NCBI GenBank assembly: GCA_043228905.1
Contig: JBHGNT010000001.1
Span: 30,628,001 to 30,692,000 of the forward strand
DNA from: Azolla caroliniana
Taxonomy: Eukaryota; Plantae; Polypodiophyta
Length of the DNA stretch: 64,000 bases
Reading direction: 5' to 3'
Shown here one piece after another: positions 40,201-54,348 of this stretch; the stretch's first letter is position 1, and every line of letters starts with the position of its first letter. The notes beneath the pieces are model-generated. The model did not search any database and had not been told where the DNA came from. It worked only from the letters and a program-made list of their open reading frames with translations. The translations under genes were made by a program, and so were the position numbers.

Positions 40201-42670
40201 ATGTATGTATGCCTAAAAATATAGAGAAGATTACCCTTAGATGATCATGACACAAGAGGCGACGTCGATATGAAGTTGGAAATGTATGAGCGGTAGAAGG
40301 AGACGTAATAGTAGCGGAGAAATATCTGTATACTTAGTGAGATACTTGTGATTGTGTTTGATAAGTAAATCTTTAATGTCTTTTTAAGAATTGATGTTGT
40401 GTTGGAGGGCATTGCGTCCGATTCAGCCAAGGTGATTGATGAGTATTCAAACTAGAAACGTCTATTACTTGTTTTTGTTGATGACTAATGGAGGCAAATT
40501 GATGGGTATTCACACTAGAAACTTTTAGTACTTCATGACTTGTCTTTATTGGTGAACAGTGGAGGCTACAATTTGAAGGTTTCAGGATCATCAATTGAGT
40601 ATATGAAGTTTGATATGGGAGGAGCTGCAGCTGCCTTTGGTGCCGCTAAAGCAATTGCTTCTATATGTCCGCTTGGTGTTGAGGTAACTCAATTATTGTG
40701 TATATAAGCTAAATTATCAAAATGCTGCTATTATTCACATAATGTGCAAAAGGGCTGAAAATCAATTTAAAAAATCTTATGCAATATTACAAATGAATAA
40801 AATACAAAATAATCAAACTGCACTTTGTACTGATTAAAATGAAAAAGAGCGAATATAATCAAACTTCATTTAAATTAGACAATTACCTGTTAATTAGGAA
40901 GTATGCTGCCAATCAGAGACTAATTAATGAAGCTCAATTAATATAAAGCCAACCTCAATTAAGCTGAATTCATACAAACATTGGGATTAACTGAAATAGC
41001 AATGTTAGTTAATGATAGATATATTTATTAATTTAAAGAGGTTTGACCATTTTCTCTTTCTTTTTTCTTTTTAATTTGGAGTAGTTTGTTTGATTATTTT
41101 TTCATTTTTAATATTTAATGGTGTTTTGGGAATCAACTTGTGGCATTTTGTAATTATGCGATCGTGAGTGACAATTTGTGAATTGCAGCAGGGTATAATG
41201 GCATTACGAGAATATGCCCTCTTGTATAATTGTATGGCTAGCCTTTTCTTGTAGTTTCCTTTGTTTCCAAAGGTGTATTTTGTACATTATATTGTCAAAA
41301 TGAAGGCAGATAGACCTTGAGATGTTGGAACTAATCTAATTAATTGTGTCACTTCATGATATTTGATGAAATTTGCTTTAGTGATTGAATAAAATGTGGT
41401 GTTTGGATGCATGAATTGTTTGTTGCTTATTATTTTCATCTTCATGCTACCTGTATGTACATGTAGAGATTTAAAAATCTCCAGAGACGCTAGGAAATTG
41501 GAATTGACCTATACTTTATGGGAAATTTTAACTGAATCCTCAAATTGGGGCGACCTAGTAATATACAGCTACAACATTATTAGATTTCCATGAAATTCAT
41601 TATAATTCCCCTTATTGAATAAATTGTTATGTAGGTAAATTTTATTGTTGCAGCTTGTGAGAATATGATCAGTGGTACAGGCATGAGACCTGGTGATATA
41701 GTGACAGCTTCAAATGGAAAAACTATTGAGGTACGGTCTCTAGTTTTGGTGGGTTTTAGAACACAAAAATAGTTACTCGTAACTGATCAAAATTTACATC
41801 CAGGTAAACAACACAGATGCTGAAGGTAGGCTGACATTGGCTGATGCACTGGTGTATACATGCAAACAAGGAGTTCAAAAGGTTGATGATGCAATTTTTT
41901 GCACTATGCAACTTTAAATGTATCATTTATGAACTCCCATTTTCTTATTGAATGTGAATGGCAATAAGGTTTGTCTTCCAAATGATGGAAGTTAGATGAT
42001 AATTTTCTAGGCATATTTAATGTATTTACTATTGGCAGGTTGTGGACCTAGCAACATTGACGGGAGCATGTATTGTTGCACTTGGGAATGATATAGGAGG
42101 TATTCTCTTCTCCCCCTTGGTAATGCAGATCTCTCGTGCATTTTCTTTTCTTTAAAATTAGCATTGGCAACAATGCTTCTATTTTGATATAGGACTATTT
42201 ACTCCAAATGATGAGCTAGCAAAAGAGTTGTCAGAATCATGTGAAAGAGCTGGGGAGAAACTTTGGCGACTACCAATGGAGGAAAGTTATTGGGAAGCGA
42301 TGAAATCTAGTATTGCAGATATGGTGAACTCAGGTGGTCGACCAGGTGGATCCATTTTAGCATCTCTATTCTTGAAACAGGTATAGTAGTGTTGTTTTAG
42401 TGCTTTATAGTAGGTATCCATTAACTTAGGTAATCCAGAGTTTTACGTAATTTTATCAATATTTGAGTAGTGGGAGATGATAAATAATATACCCATTCAA
42501 TATAAGTCTGGAATCGTGAAAACTTTTTCAAAATGCAGTTTGTAGATGAAAATATACCATGGGCTCACCTTGATGTTGCTGGACCTGTTTGGAATGAGAA
42601 GAAGAAACTTGCTACTGGATTTGCAGTAAACACTTTGGTTGAATGGGTTTTGAGGCATCAATCAGAGTGA
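37284..42670 (+). CDS. LAP: Leucine aminopeptidase (M17), no transit peptide so probably cytosolic, multi-exon
   Basis: MAAHTLGLT start, [76 protein letters not shown]; stop TGA 42668-42670. Confidence 0.96.
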
Positions 42671-42949
42671 ACTTTGTGTTACAATGCATTACATTGGAAC
42701 AATTGTTTAAGAAGACTGAATAATGGTTGTAATGAGTGCCCCTATATGTAATATTGCAACGTGTCATCCTCGTATTTTAAATTTGTATATATTTTGGTTT
42801 CATCAGAGTATAATAATATATGGTCGTTTTGTTTGATGGTTCTTAATTTGAATTATTGGATGTGTATAGTTTCTAAAGACATAGCACCAGCTCGTAGTTT
42901 GTATGTGCAGTTGCAGGTTAGCAACTTACAAGGACAGAAATAGCAAATG

Positions 42950-43950
42950 TTACAATGCATAATACCATCGGGCAGCTTATGTATGGACCTACGTTATATT
43001 GATCCCATAAGGTCTTAATGAAATTCCTTGTAATTGTCTATAATGGACTTTTAGTAAAGGATTACATCCATCCATTGGCATTGGCCTTGGACATGGTAAA
43101 TGTAAAAGAAGTGATTGCAACAAATCATTTATAATGGGTGCAACAATTGGTAATGGTGACTAATTAGTTAGGAGGTGTATTATATGCATACAAGATGGTG
43201 ATTGATTAACAAGGATTAGATTAAGTAGGTAGTGTGGTAAATGATGGAGCATCTTCGATAGTTACATGCCTTGGATGCTCTCAGTACTCTAATGCTTTGA
43301 GTGCATCTCAATGTATTATTCCAATCTAAAAGCATATATGGAGTGAGGAATGCTAGGACTCTATTTTGTCGTGCCACTTGCTCTTGATCTCTTTTATGTG
43401 ACTTACACAATCTCAAATACTTTAAATGAGGTTTTAGAATAGAATCAAAAGTATGCTTCATTTAGAGAAGATATAGAATTAAAAAAATGAAGCATTATAC
43501 CAAAATCTATGCAATGTCATGATCTAACAAGAAGACAATAAGATGTCACTAAGTTGACACTCTCAAGTCCTCTTACTCATTCATGCATCAAAAGCGCCTT
43601 TAGTATGCTATGATAGAGTGAACATATAAAACATTACCACTCCAATATTAGTCCTTGTTATATAGCAAGAGCTTTGTGAACATATAAAACATTACCACTC
43701 CAATATTCGACAATAAAACTAATTCAACAATCATGAGTTATTTAGTTATAACAGTTATAATTAGATATTGGAGGTAGGTGGAAAGAGATCACCATGCCCA
43801 TTATTTTGCAAAGATTTCAACATCATGCTCGATTATATTATCGGAGATGGAAAGGTATCATTGGCATCTATTGAACCAAACCAAATTTCACAAAACAACA
43901 TAGAGGAAGATAAAAAGGGATATATGATAAATGTCTAGCAGGAACAATTA
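42950..43950 (+). mobile_element. Decayed LINE RT/thumb fragment
   Basis: catgccttggatgctctcagtact (HALDALST, like LQRHLDAL..FC) at ~43265, followed by weak VN..K and YLG-like remnants. Confidence 0.3.
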
Positions 43951-44265
43951 GATCACGTAAGGGGAGTTGAGAACACGCATGGTCACATATCGGCTGTGTG
44001 ATAGTTCTATGTAGATCGATTTAATCATAGTCTCGAACGGTATGTGACCGTGTGGTTTCTTTGGACAGGATTGAGTCTACCGTGGTCTTGTATGATTTGG
44101 ATGATGAGTTTGGGTTCCCTAGAGGAAGAAGAGGAGTAACTTCTGAAATATGTGAATACATACATACATATCTGTAATTTTGAGTAGGAGGTTTCCCGCC
44201 ATTTTTATTCATTTGTCGAGAGAGAGAAAGGGTTTGATTGCACATTCGACTACGGAAGACGAAGA

Positions 44266-47200
44266 ATGCAGTCACGACAGAAATCGATCTTCTCTTTTTT
44301 CCATAGCAGCTCAGACGAGAAGAAGAAGAAGACGACGACGACCATCGCTCCTTCTCTTCCTTCTCATGTTGCAGAGAAGCTTCCAAACGATGACTCTTCT
44401 CTATATCAGAAACGAGAGTTTCAATACAGACCAGGAGGATTTGAGTCGCTGAAGAGCAAGCTTTTGAGACCGAATTCTGTGAGGAATATAAGAAGCAATG
44501 CTATGCCTAGCGAGGTTAGCGATGGAAGATTGTTTGGTCAAGGTACTTCGTCATCAAGTGAAGAAACAGAAAAAGATCAGCAGAAATGTGGTATTTTTTT
44601 CAAAGAAGAAAGGTATGCTTCTCTACGTGGATTTTTATTCGTGCAATCTAAGGTCGTGGCTTTTCCATTGTCACGAAGATGCAAAGCATATCACTTTCAC
44701 CAGGAACAGCTGTCGGAGTATATGTTTATTTGTATTGTATTGGATTTTATTTAGAAGAGGAGATGTATGCTCGTTTCTTGGACTTCTATTTTTCCCTGTG
44801 GAAGTTGTGAATTTTCCATCGTCAGGAGGATGCAATGCCTACTGGCTTTTCTAGGATTGGTCATCAGAAGAAAGGCATGCTATTATTGATGGAAATTTCC
44901 ATGTGAATTAGAAATTGTAAAATTTCTTTATTGCGAGGTTGCAAACCATATTTACTTACTGGAGTAGCTATCTTATTGTTCATGAACTTTTCACTGTAGT
45001 AAAGTTGTGAATTTTCCTTCAGGATGTAGCAAATTAATTAGCATTGCGAACTTCTCAATCATCATGAGGATGCAAAATATGCTAGGTCTTTGAGGAATTA
45101 CTATCAGAAGCAATGACCGTTATAATTCATGGATTTCTATTGCACACTTCTCCTTTATTGAGAGTGTGCAAATATATTAGCTATGATATCGGAAGAAGGA
45201 TATGTTCTTATTCATGGAGTTACCTTGGAAGTTAAGACCTGTGTAATTTTCCTCATCTCAAGGATGCAAAGCATATCAAGTTTTTTAGGACAGGCTATTG
45301 TGTTGCTTAGAGAGGAAAACTATACTTGTCTTGATGGTCTTCCTTTTGTATGTTAGAAGCTCTGAATTTTCCTTCATCAAAGCAAATTAGTTTCTCTATG
45401 AATGACTGTCAGAAGTTTGTTATACCTACTATAGAAGTCTTATACATTGTTGCAGCTAAGGTATGCTGTCCTCATAGTGTGGCGTTTTATGTCATTTTGA
45501 AGACAACTATCCTGATTCATGTGCTTCAATTGCTTGTTAAAATTTCTGAAAATTCTTCTGACACGAATCATGATGGGATTATGAAACATCTTGCACTTGC
45601 TAGGAATGGCTATCAAGAATTCTTATTCACAGATGCATATTTGTGGAGACATTTTTAGAAGCATATGCATAACTAGGTTGTAGAAGCCATTGAAAAACTT
45701 GAGTTGTGTTGTATCACTAAAGTTTGTCAAATGTCTAAAATGCCAGTAGATTCTTAACGAATTCCATGTCATAGTTATGATGTCCTAAATATGTGGTATT
45801 TTGTGTGGCCTAATTATGCGGTTCTCAAATGTTTAAGAGGAAGGTTGTCCTCAAAACATCAGGTCTTTCTGTCATACAGAAAGCCCTATCAACTTGTCAT
45901 ACAGCTTAGATTCTATCGGGCTGATATGGGAACATGATTCAATGAATTGTTTCATAATATTTTTTTGTAACTGTTTGACAGGCTTCATTCTTGTGGTCCT
46001 TCACATGCACTTGACTCTTCAATACCTGGTATCAAGCGAATTCGTGAAGATCATGAAAACTATGTCTCAGATGAGTCACACATTCTCAAGCGTAAAAGAC
46101 TTATGGAAGCCCTTGGAGAAGGCGAGGATCAGAAAGGTTTATGGGAAGAGGCAAAAGCAAAATTTCAGTGGCTTTCTCCTTCCAAGATTCGTGACTCCAA
46201 GGGGAGGAAACCTGAGGATCCATTGTATGATAAGAGAACATTGCAAATACCTCATGATGTGCTGTGTACAATGTCGGCCTCTCAAAAGCAATATTGGACA
46301 ACAAAATGCCAATATATGGACACTATCCTCTTTTTCAAAGTGGTATGTTTCTTTTTTGTTTCATTTCATCTGGTTTCTTTATGTACAGGGATACCTTGCA
46401 TGTAAAATGAATTGATATTGTTAAATCACTTAGGGAAAATTCTATGAGCTTTACGAGGTTGATGCAGAAGTGGGGCATAAAGAGCTTAATTGGAAAATGA
46501 CTGTTAGTGGCGTTGGAAAATGTAGACAGGTATTGCATCATCTTTCCATGAAGAGTTTTTAAATTCTTGTTTTAATAGCATTGTGTCTGCTTGAATATTA
46601 TAGCTATAGAGACAGATCATCAACATTCTGTTTGAAATATGGCTTTTATTTCAGTTCTATGTGACAAAGAGATTGATAACAGGATTCCATTGAATGTTAC
46701 AGAACTATTGATTGTCTTTAATATATCTCCTTTCAAAGGGGCTATTATGCGGCAAAGAGATTGACACCATGAATCCACTGAATGTCACGGAACTATTGGT
46801 TGTGTTTAAAATATCTCCTTTTAATGGGGCTGTTATGAGGCCTCATATTTTTGAATATCACGTGGTTGAAAAGGTTTCATTTTATTGAATACATGTTAAA
46901 TTGAACATAACTCTTTTTGCTTTTTTCAGCTTCTGCATGTATGTGGTCTCCTAACTCTGTATTATTATACACTACTTGTTTATTCAATCTATCTACCACC
47001 ACACAAGAAGTATTATATTCATCTCTAGAGAGTATGCAGTTTAGTGACGAAACTATATGAATATATACATACATATATATATATATATCCAAATTTCTGT
47101 GTGCTATATTTGTATATTCATTACCCTTGCATTCTCTCATTTTCTGTCTTGACTTTGAACATTGCAACACTTCTCACATTTTGTGCTCACATATAATATT

Positions 47201-50200
47201 TCAGGTTGGTGTCCCAGAGAGTGGAATTGAAGATGCTGTTTCAAAACTATTGGCACGAGGGTAAGGAAAACAAACTTTTCCTGGATACCGCAGATTCACA
47301 TCAATGGTCACTTCGGATATGAAAAGGTTATATATTGGCAGCTATAAGGTTGGAAGAATGGAGCAGGTTGAAACATCTGAACAAGCAAAAGCAAAAAGGG
47401 GACCTGGTGCAGTAAGTTTCTTATGTCAATGATTCTTACAAAAACAAACAATTTGTTTGATCAGGAATCTGGTTTCCAATGCACCTTTAAATGTTGATCT
47501 CGTATGGAGTAGATGGTACAACGAGAACTCATGCATGTTTTGACTCCTTCGACCATGATGGATGATAACATGAAGCCTGAAGCTGTTCACCTTTTGGCAT
47601 TACATGAGGTGCATTTGGACATTTATATATGCTATTTCTTCAGCTTAAAATACATGCTCTGTCTCTCTAACTTCATCTATTACTTGCTCCTATATTTTAT
47701 ATCGGTAGCACATGTTTTTTATTTGTTTTCAGAATATATTTATTAAACAAAATTTTCTTGTGTTGCACAGGAAATGACTTCTGGGGAAAGAGGTACAATG
47801 GCGAGCCAAAATATGAAGAAAACAATTTTTGGCTTTGCATTTGTTGATGCTGCTGCAGGTTGTTTCTATGTTGGTTCCCTTGAAGATGACAGTGCACGCT
47901 CAGCTCTATGCTCTTTGCTGACACAGGTATATTTTTACGCATGCATGCTCCATTTTAGGAAATTAGGGAAATTCATGTATCAAATAGGAAGATTAACTGA
48001 AAATAAATATTCTACACATAAATTCTTCGTTCCTTTTCTGGGAAAACTCCCTAGGGATGATAAAATCCAAATGCTTCACACTGCTGAGATATTGAGATGT
48101 ATAATAGCATCAGGCCAGAAGACAGACTTGGTCCCTTAGGATAGTTTCAATCTCCTTTATTGAATTACAGTTTCTTCATAAAGAAGAATTTTCTCACGTG
48201 TTTACATTTTGAGAAGATTGTTTGACTGTAGAGCTATTCTTTTAGTAGCCATTCTTTGATCAATGCGATAATGTGAAGTTCTTTACATGCTAAACTTCCT
48301 ATAAATTTGTAAACGTTGTATCATCTGAAGTTAAACAAACGTTGTGTCTCCTGAAAGTCATAGAGAATGTCAACTGATTATGTTGAAAATGTGCACATAC
48401 CTTATATATTCTTGTGTCTTTGCTTAGCAGTTGCCTTTTTGTTCTGCAGGTGGCACCGCAAGAATTACTTTATGAACTGGGAGGTAGATCAATCTTATCT
48501 TGTGATCCTTTGGAAATATCAACTTGTCCCATCAGATAGTATTAAAATTGGTGCTTTCCTTGTGCTGCTTTAAAGTCACCTCCCTGTTTTATTGCTATTT
48601 AAAGATCTATATTTTGGGATTGAATTTGCTTCAGCATTCAAGAAAGCTCTTGTTGCTCAAACTGGATGCCACTTAGAACTCTTTGTAATGTGCTGCTGCT
48701 ATAGTAGACATGGTCATTTGTGATTTTTTGATTCAAGTTTTATTGCAATCAGGATGTCTCAGTGTGTATATACACTATAAGATTGAAATGGGTTCACATA
48801 AACGTAGGAGTAAAACTGGAAATAATGATTTGTTAAGGTTGCAAATCAAATAAAGGTTTTTTTTAGCAATAGTTTAGCCAGTTTTATATCTGGTATTAGT
48901 TAATAGATGTATGTGTATGGGCTTATGTATGTCATAATTATTTTTTCATTTTCTTTTGATATGTGAATACAATAATGGAATTTCTGGCCTTAGTAGTGTA
49001 AATCTTTCAGGGTTGGCAGATGACACGATGAAAGCTCTCAGAAGGTATTCAACCCAAGGTTAGTTAACTGATTATCCATTTGTACTTCTTGAACTGGTTT
49101 GTGATGAATTTAATGGAGGGTTTAGGATTTTTAAGATCATAGAGTATCTTTCACATGAGTTTCAGGATGTCAGCCATTAGAGCTCACTGGACTTCAGCCG
49201 AATATAGAATATTTGGAATCTTCAGCTGTGATAAGAATGATTGAGTCTCATCAGTACTTTAGTGAAGATACAGATAATGGCAGTTCTCAGAATGGAAATT
49301 GGATTCAGATCCTAAAGTCATTCAACTACTATAAACCAGTGACTTCTGCTTTGGGAGCACTTGTATTGCATTTAGTCAGATTGAAGGTAGTAGAGAAGAT
49401 ACATTTTCTTAATATCTCTTTTCATCAATTTTTCATGCTTGAGACGATCATTGGAAACACAACTTACTATTCTTTCTTTGGGGATTTTGTGGCTTAATTT
49501 CTATGCTCATTATTAGTTCAAACTTATATGGGCTATTTAATGTATTTATTTTAGGCCAAATGTTATTGATATATGCTGCCAATGTCTTTGTAATTTGATT
49601 ATATCATTTAACCCAACTGCTTTCACTATTTTAGTGTTCACTCTCTCTCTTTCTTTCTTTCTCATCACCTCGCTAGAATTGTATGCTTTCATCTTTAAAC
49701 TGTAAACCTTCTCTGATTGTGACAATCGTGCATTAGATTCACTTATAATAAAAGTTATAGAGTCAGTTCTATATGAGCTTTGTGTCCTCAGTCCTGTATA
49801 AAAATCATTCACTATAATGGTTCGTATGGATCCTGGCACTTGTAGAAGTAGATAAATGCATAATTTTATCAATGTAACACTACTATGACATCATAACTTC
49901 TTCTCTGTTGGCCATTAAAAAACAAAATACTGCCTGGAGACTAGCTTGTGATTTTTTAATCTTCAAAACTATTTTGATCTTAGATAAAATTACTTGAGCT
50001 TGAGTTAAAGGATTACAAAAGATCATCATAAAGATAGACATGCTTGCGAAGGATTGAGTCTATGTATACTTAATGATTGTTCAATAAGTTAAGAAGGCTG
50101 TGATTCATATCTGACACTTCTGCATGCGGTGGTTGAAGTAAGAGGACAATAATGGATTTTTTGTCATTCCCCAAATTTGTCACTTACAAATTTATCATGG

Positions 50201-52932
50201 ATTTTGAAGCTGGATGGAACTTTGCTGAAAAAGGCTTGCTTAGCTTCTTATGAAGTCTATAAAGGATCATTGCGTTTGGATGGCCAGACACTTTCAAATC
50301 TTGAGATCTTCCAAAATAATGCAGATGGAGGAAAAATAGGTAAAAGCCATCAGCATTAGAGGACATAAGGTTAATTTGCTATTAATAGTACATAATTAAT
50401 TTTTTATCTCTCTTTCCTCTGTTTAAAGGAACTCTCTTTGCTTTCTTGGATAATTGTTCAACTCCATTTGGAAAGCGTTTATTGCGCAAATGGATATGCC
50501 ATCCTCTTCAAAGTATTGGAGAAATTAATAGACGCTTAGATGCAGTAGAGGAATTTAGGCGACATCCTGAGCTTGTTGGCATGCTGCGTGGAGGTTTGCA
50601 GAAATTACCAGACCTTGAAAGGCTCATTTCTATGATATGTACTTTTACTTGCTCATCAGATGTTGCAAGCATACCATTTCTTTCAATACGTGCACAGAGA
50701 CGAAAGGTGTATACAACTCTCTGGTTATGTTCTCATGTAATTTCTTTAATGAGTACAGTGAATTCAATGTCTTTATGTTGATAAGAATTGGATGTGTAAG
50801 TAACAAAAAAAAAAATTACGCGTCTATATTTCTGGTTGATTGTGTAATAAGGTATGTTTTAGTGTAAGATAGATTTTCTTTTGTCAGCTAGTTTAGATTA
50901 CGATCCCTTGCAAGAAAACTGTCCTCTTGACTGGAACTATGAACTGTCCTCTCTGGTTATGTTCTCCTGTAATTTCTTTAATGAGTACAGTGAATTCAAT
51001 GTCTTTATGTTGATGAGAATTGGATGTACAAAAAACATCTATTATCACATCTATATTTCTGGCTGATTGTGTAAGAAGGTATGTTTTAGTTAAGATAGAT
51101 TTTCTTTTGCCAGCAATTTTAGATTAATATCCCTTGCCCAAGAAAACTAACCTCTTGACTGGATCTATGAACAGTCACGATTCAGTTTAAGAAAGAGTTA
51201 ATGTATTTCAAAAGTGATATTTTTTTTCTGTGTTGTCTTATTGATTTGGTTTATCCTTTCCACAGATTCGAGCATTTTCACTGGCAGTGAAAGGGCTAAA
51301 TTCTGCCTTAACTTTATTGAGGTCCATCAGGAAAGGAGATAATGAAGGTTCAGTAGGTAGTCACCTTTTGCTGGAAATTTCAGCTTTGGAAGGGATGAAT
51401 GAAGCTAATAAATCACTCGTGGCCATGGTCTCATACGTTGAAAAGAATTTTTTAAATACCAAAATGCAGCTACTGAAACAGGCATGCTCTATCTAAATGT
51501 TAAATTTATATATAGATCTGAATACAAAAACGAAAGAAAGGCATTGAATCATGTTTTGTCTTTTTTTCAGGATCGTGTTTTGGATGACAAAGATTCAGAG
51601 ATCTTGGATGAACTACTATTGGAATTCATGGAACATTATAGATCGTGGCTGGAAGTTGTTCGGAATCTTAGTCAAATTGATGTACTCCTATCTTTCATTG
51701 TCACTGTTGATGGGGCAAATGGCCCTATGTGTCGACCTTCATTTGTTCCTACCTCAGCCAATCCTAATGCAGGTGCAATCATAAATGTCCAAGAACTATG
51801 GCATCCTTTTGCTTCTAGTACTAATGGTGATGCTGTTGTCCGGAACAATATTGCACTTGGGAGTGAATCGAATTCTTGTCGGGCGATGCTTCTAACGGGA
51901 CCAAACATGGGTGGTAAATCAACACTTTTGAGAGCCACATGTATGGTAGTAATCTTGGCTCAGGTAGGTTGTATCCAGTTTTTGAAAGCTTTAATTAATG
52001 TGGGAAAATAGTCTAATATTTGTTTTTTCTTTGTATTCAGATAGGGTGTTTCGTTCCTGCAGAGTCTTGTGTTCTATCACCAGTGGATATTATTTTCACT
52101 CGTCTCGGTGCAAGTGATAGGATCATGTCAGGAGAAAGTGAGTGCTGTTCATGAATTCTTGATGCCAAATGAGAAAACACTTTAGGTTATACTGATATAA
52201 GGGTGACATAATGAGCAGGTACATTTATGGTGGAGTGCACTGAGGCTGCTTCTGTATTAAGGTATGCTACCCCAAATTCATTGGTTATTTTGGACGAGCT
52301 GGGCCGAGGGACATCAACCTTTGATGGCTATGCTATTGCATTTGCTGTGAGTAACTTGCTTGAGTATTTTGTAATTTCCGTAGTATGAGTGCCTTGTCAC
52401 ATGAAACGAGTTCTGAGTTTGCGTGATTGAAACACAGGTGTTTCGCCATCTTGTGGATGCAATCGACTGTAGATTACTCTTTGCTACACATTATCATCCA
52501 CTCACCAAGGAATTCGCAGCTCACCCTTCTGTATGTCTTTATCACATGGCTTTTGCCTTTGAAAGTATTGTGAACCCGAGAAATGTGTCTACATCACAAA
52601 AACGGCTAGTATTTCTCTACAAACTCTCTCCGAGTGCATCACCTGACAGTTATGGACTTCATGTAGCGTCATTAGCAGGGCTACCAGAAAAAGTCATTAA
52701 ACAAGCGGAGAATGCCCGCAGCATCATTCGGTCTAGATTATCCTCTACATTTCAAGCTAATGCACATCGATTGCACTTTTCTCATATACATGAAAATTGG
52801 CTGAGAACAATTTTTGCTATGCTGAATCCAAATGTGTTGCAGGGCAATACAGTGGACATAAGAGATGCATATGACACTTTGCTATGTGTATGGCATGAAC
52901 TACAGACCATAGGCAAGAAAAAAGCTGCCTAA
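44266..52932 (+). CDS. MSH7: DNA mismatch repair protein MSH7 (plant MutS-gamma subunit), multi-exon
   Basis: N-terminal PIP box [12 protein letters not shown]; mismatch-binding [13 protein letters not shown]; short lever region lacking the clamp, typical of MSH7 versus MSH6; Walker [34 protein letters not shown]; C-terminal [17 protein letters not shown]. Confidence 0.92.
44600..45300 (+). repeat. Degenerate ~110-150 bp tandem array beginning at the MSH7 exon1 donor
   Basis: aagaagaaag|gtatgc...ttttccattgtcacgaagatgcaaagcata is echoed at ~44752, 44866 (cagaagaaaggcatgc), 45105 and 45191 (ggaagaaggatatg...aggatgcaaagcatatca). Confidence 0.75.
46663..46851 (+). repeat. ~88-bp tandem duplication in an MSH7 intron
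   Basis: caaagagattga...gaactattg...atatctcctt...ggggct.ttatg occurs twice. Confidence 0.9.
50717..51176 (+). repeat. ~232-bp tandem duplication in an MSH7 intron
   Basis: 50717-50948 and 50949-51176 both begin ctctctggttatgttctc..taatttctttaatgagtacagtgaattcaatgtctttatgttgat. Confidence 0.93.
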
Positions 52933-54348
52933 TGAGCATTTTCAGTTGACATGGAAGATCCTATTTCTCTATGTGTATGCCATGAGTTAGACCACATTGA
53001 AGCCTCTTGAGTTTATTCCTAGATTATCCCGAAGGGAACGGGCATTTGACAGTGAATAATTTCTTCACGTGTTTATAAAAATGCAAATTAGTGCCGTTCA
53101 AGCTTTAACCATGACATTATCATTAGAACATTCGGGTAGTTATGTTGATCCATCAATGGATTAAGCTGTGATCTCTTGCTGTCAATCTTCCTGCACACTG
53201 AAGTGTTAGAGTGATTTTGGCTCCAACAAGGAAGTATTTATTTAAGTTCAGTCTTAGCCCAATATGTAAATCAAACCATACAATATAAGCTATCTTTCTT
53301 TATAATTCAAATCTTCTGTTGGTAATAGCTTTTCACCTTTTGAAAGGGTTCACAGCATTTGAGGGGAGTTTTATTTCATTATTCACCACATATTATTCAT
53401 CACGTGCTATAAATCATTAATAAAATCACACAGGATACAGTAAGACTACTATGTTAAGCACATATGATAACTTATAAATAAATTAGGCAATTTTGGAAAA
53501 TAGTGATGGCAAAGTGTGTTTTGGAAAATAATGATGACAAAGTGTGGTTAAAGTGCACGTTTTTATGTATGAATCATTAATAGAATTGTGAGTCTATTGT
53601 GCTAAACACCTAGATGGATGATGAAAATATTGAATCTGATCAGAAACAGTAATTATATTAAACACAAATAAATAGGTGGTCTATTGTGTTTAATAGAATT
53701 GCGAGTCTATTGTGTCAATATATAGGAGGTGATGCTTTGGATGTCATCATTGCAAGTATTTTATGAAGGATAATTTGCACATCCTGGTTATAGGGCATAA
53801 AGATTGTGCAAATTTCAAAAGGATCTACCACAATTTTTTGCCAAGATGGTACAGAATTTAAAGCTATCATTTAGTACAGACCATACTCAATGATTTTGTA
53901 TATTGAGTTTCTCAAAATTTCACCTAAACAGAGAATGCATCTTTAAAAAACTCGCTTTACACTCAATTTTAGCATCTTATAGTATAATCAGCTGAATGAA
54001 TTGTTGAAAAGATGTCTTGCAGAAAGGATAAAGAGAATTACAAAATCCTGGACACCTTGTTTGTGATATTACACCCACAATAGACCACGTTCTGTGATGT
54101 AACTAAATGCTAATAATGACAACATTTTAACAATCTCCAATATTCTCTGTTATAATACCATATGATGGTAAACTGATGGTTTTCTCATGGACTAAGATAT
54201 TTTAAGCCACATGTTTCTTTTTATATGCCACTTGATCACAACAATCTAAATTCTTCATGTACATGTAAATCTTTCACCCCACTGTTGTCGTGAAAAAAAT
54301 ACCACTTGAAATAATAGTTATTTCATGCACCCTTGACGATGAGAAAAT

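Noticed and set aside
43618-43707. Two identical 32-bp repeats separated by a 26-bp spacer (CRISPR-like)
   Set aside because: Only two units, eukaryotic context and no cas genes; best explained as a small local duplication.
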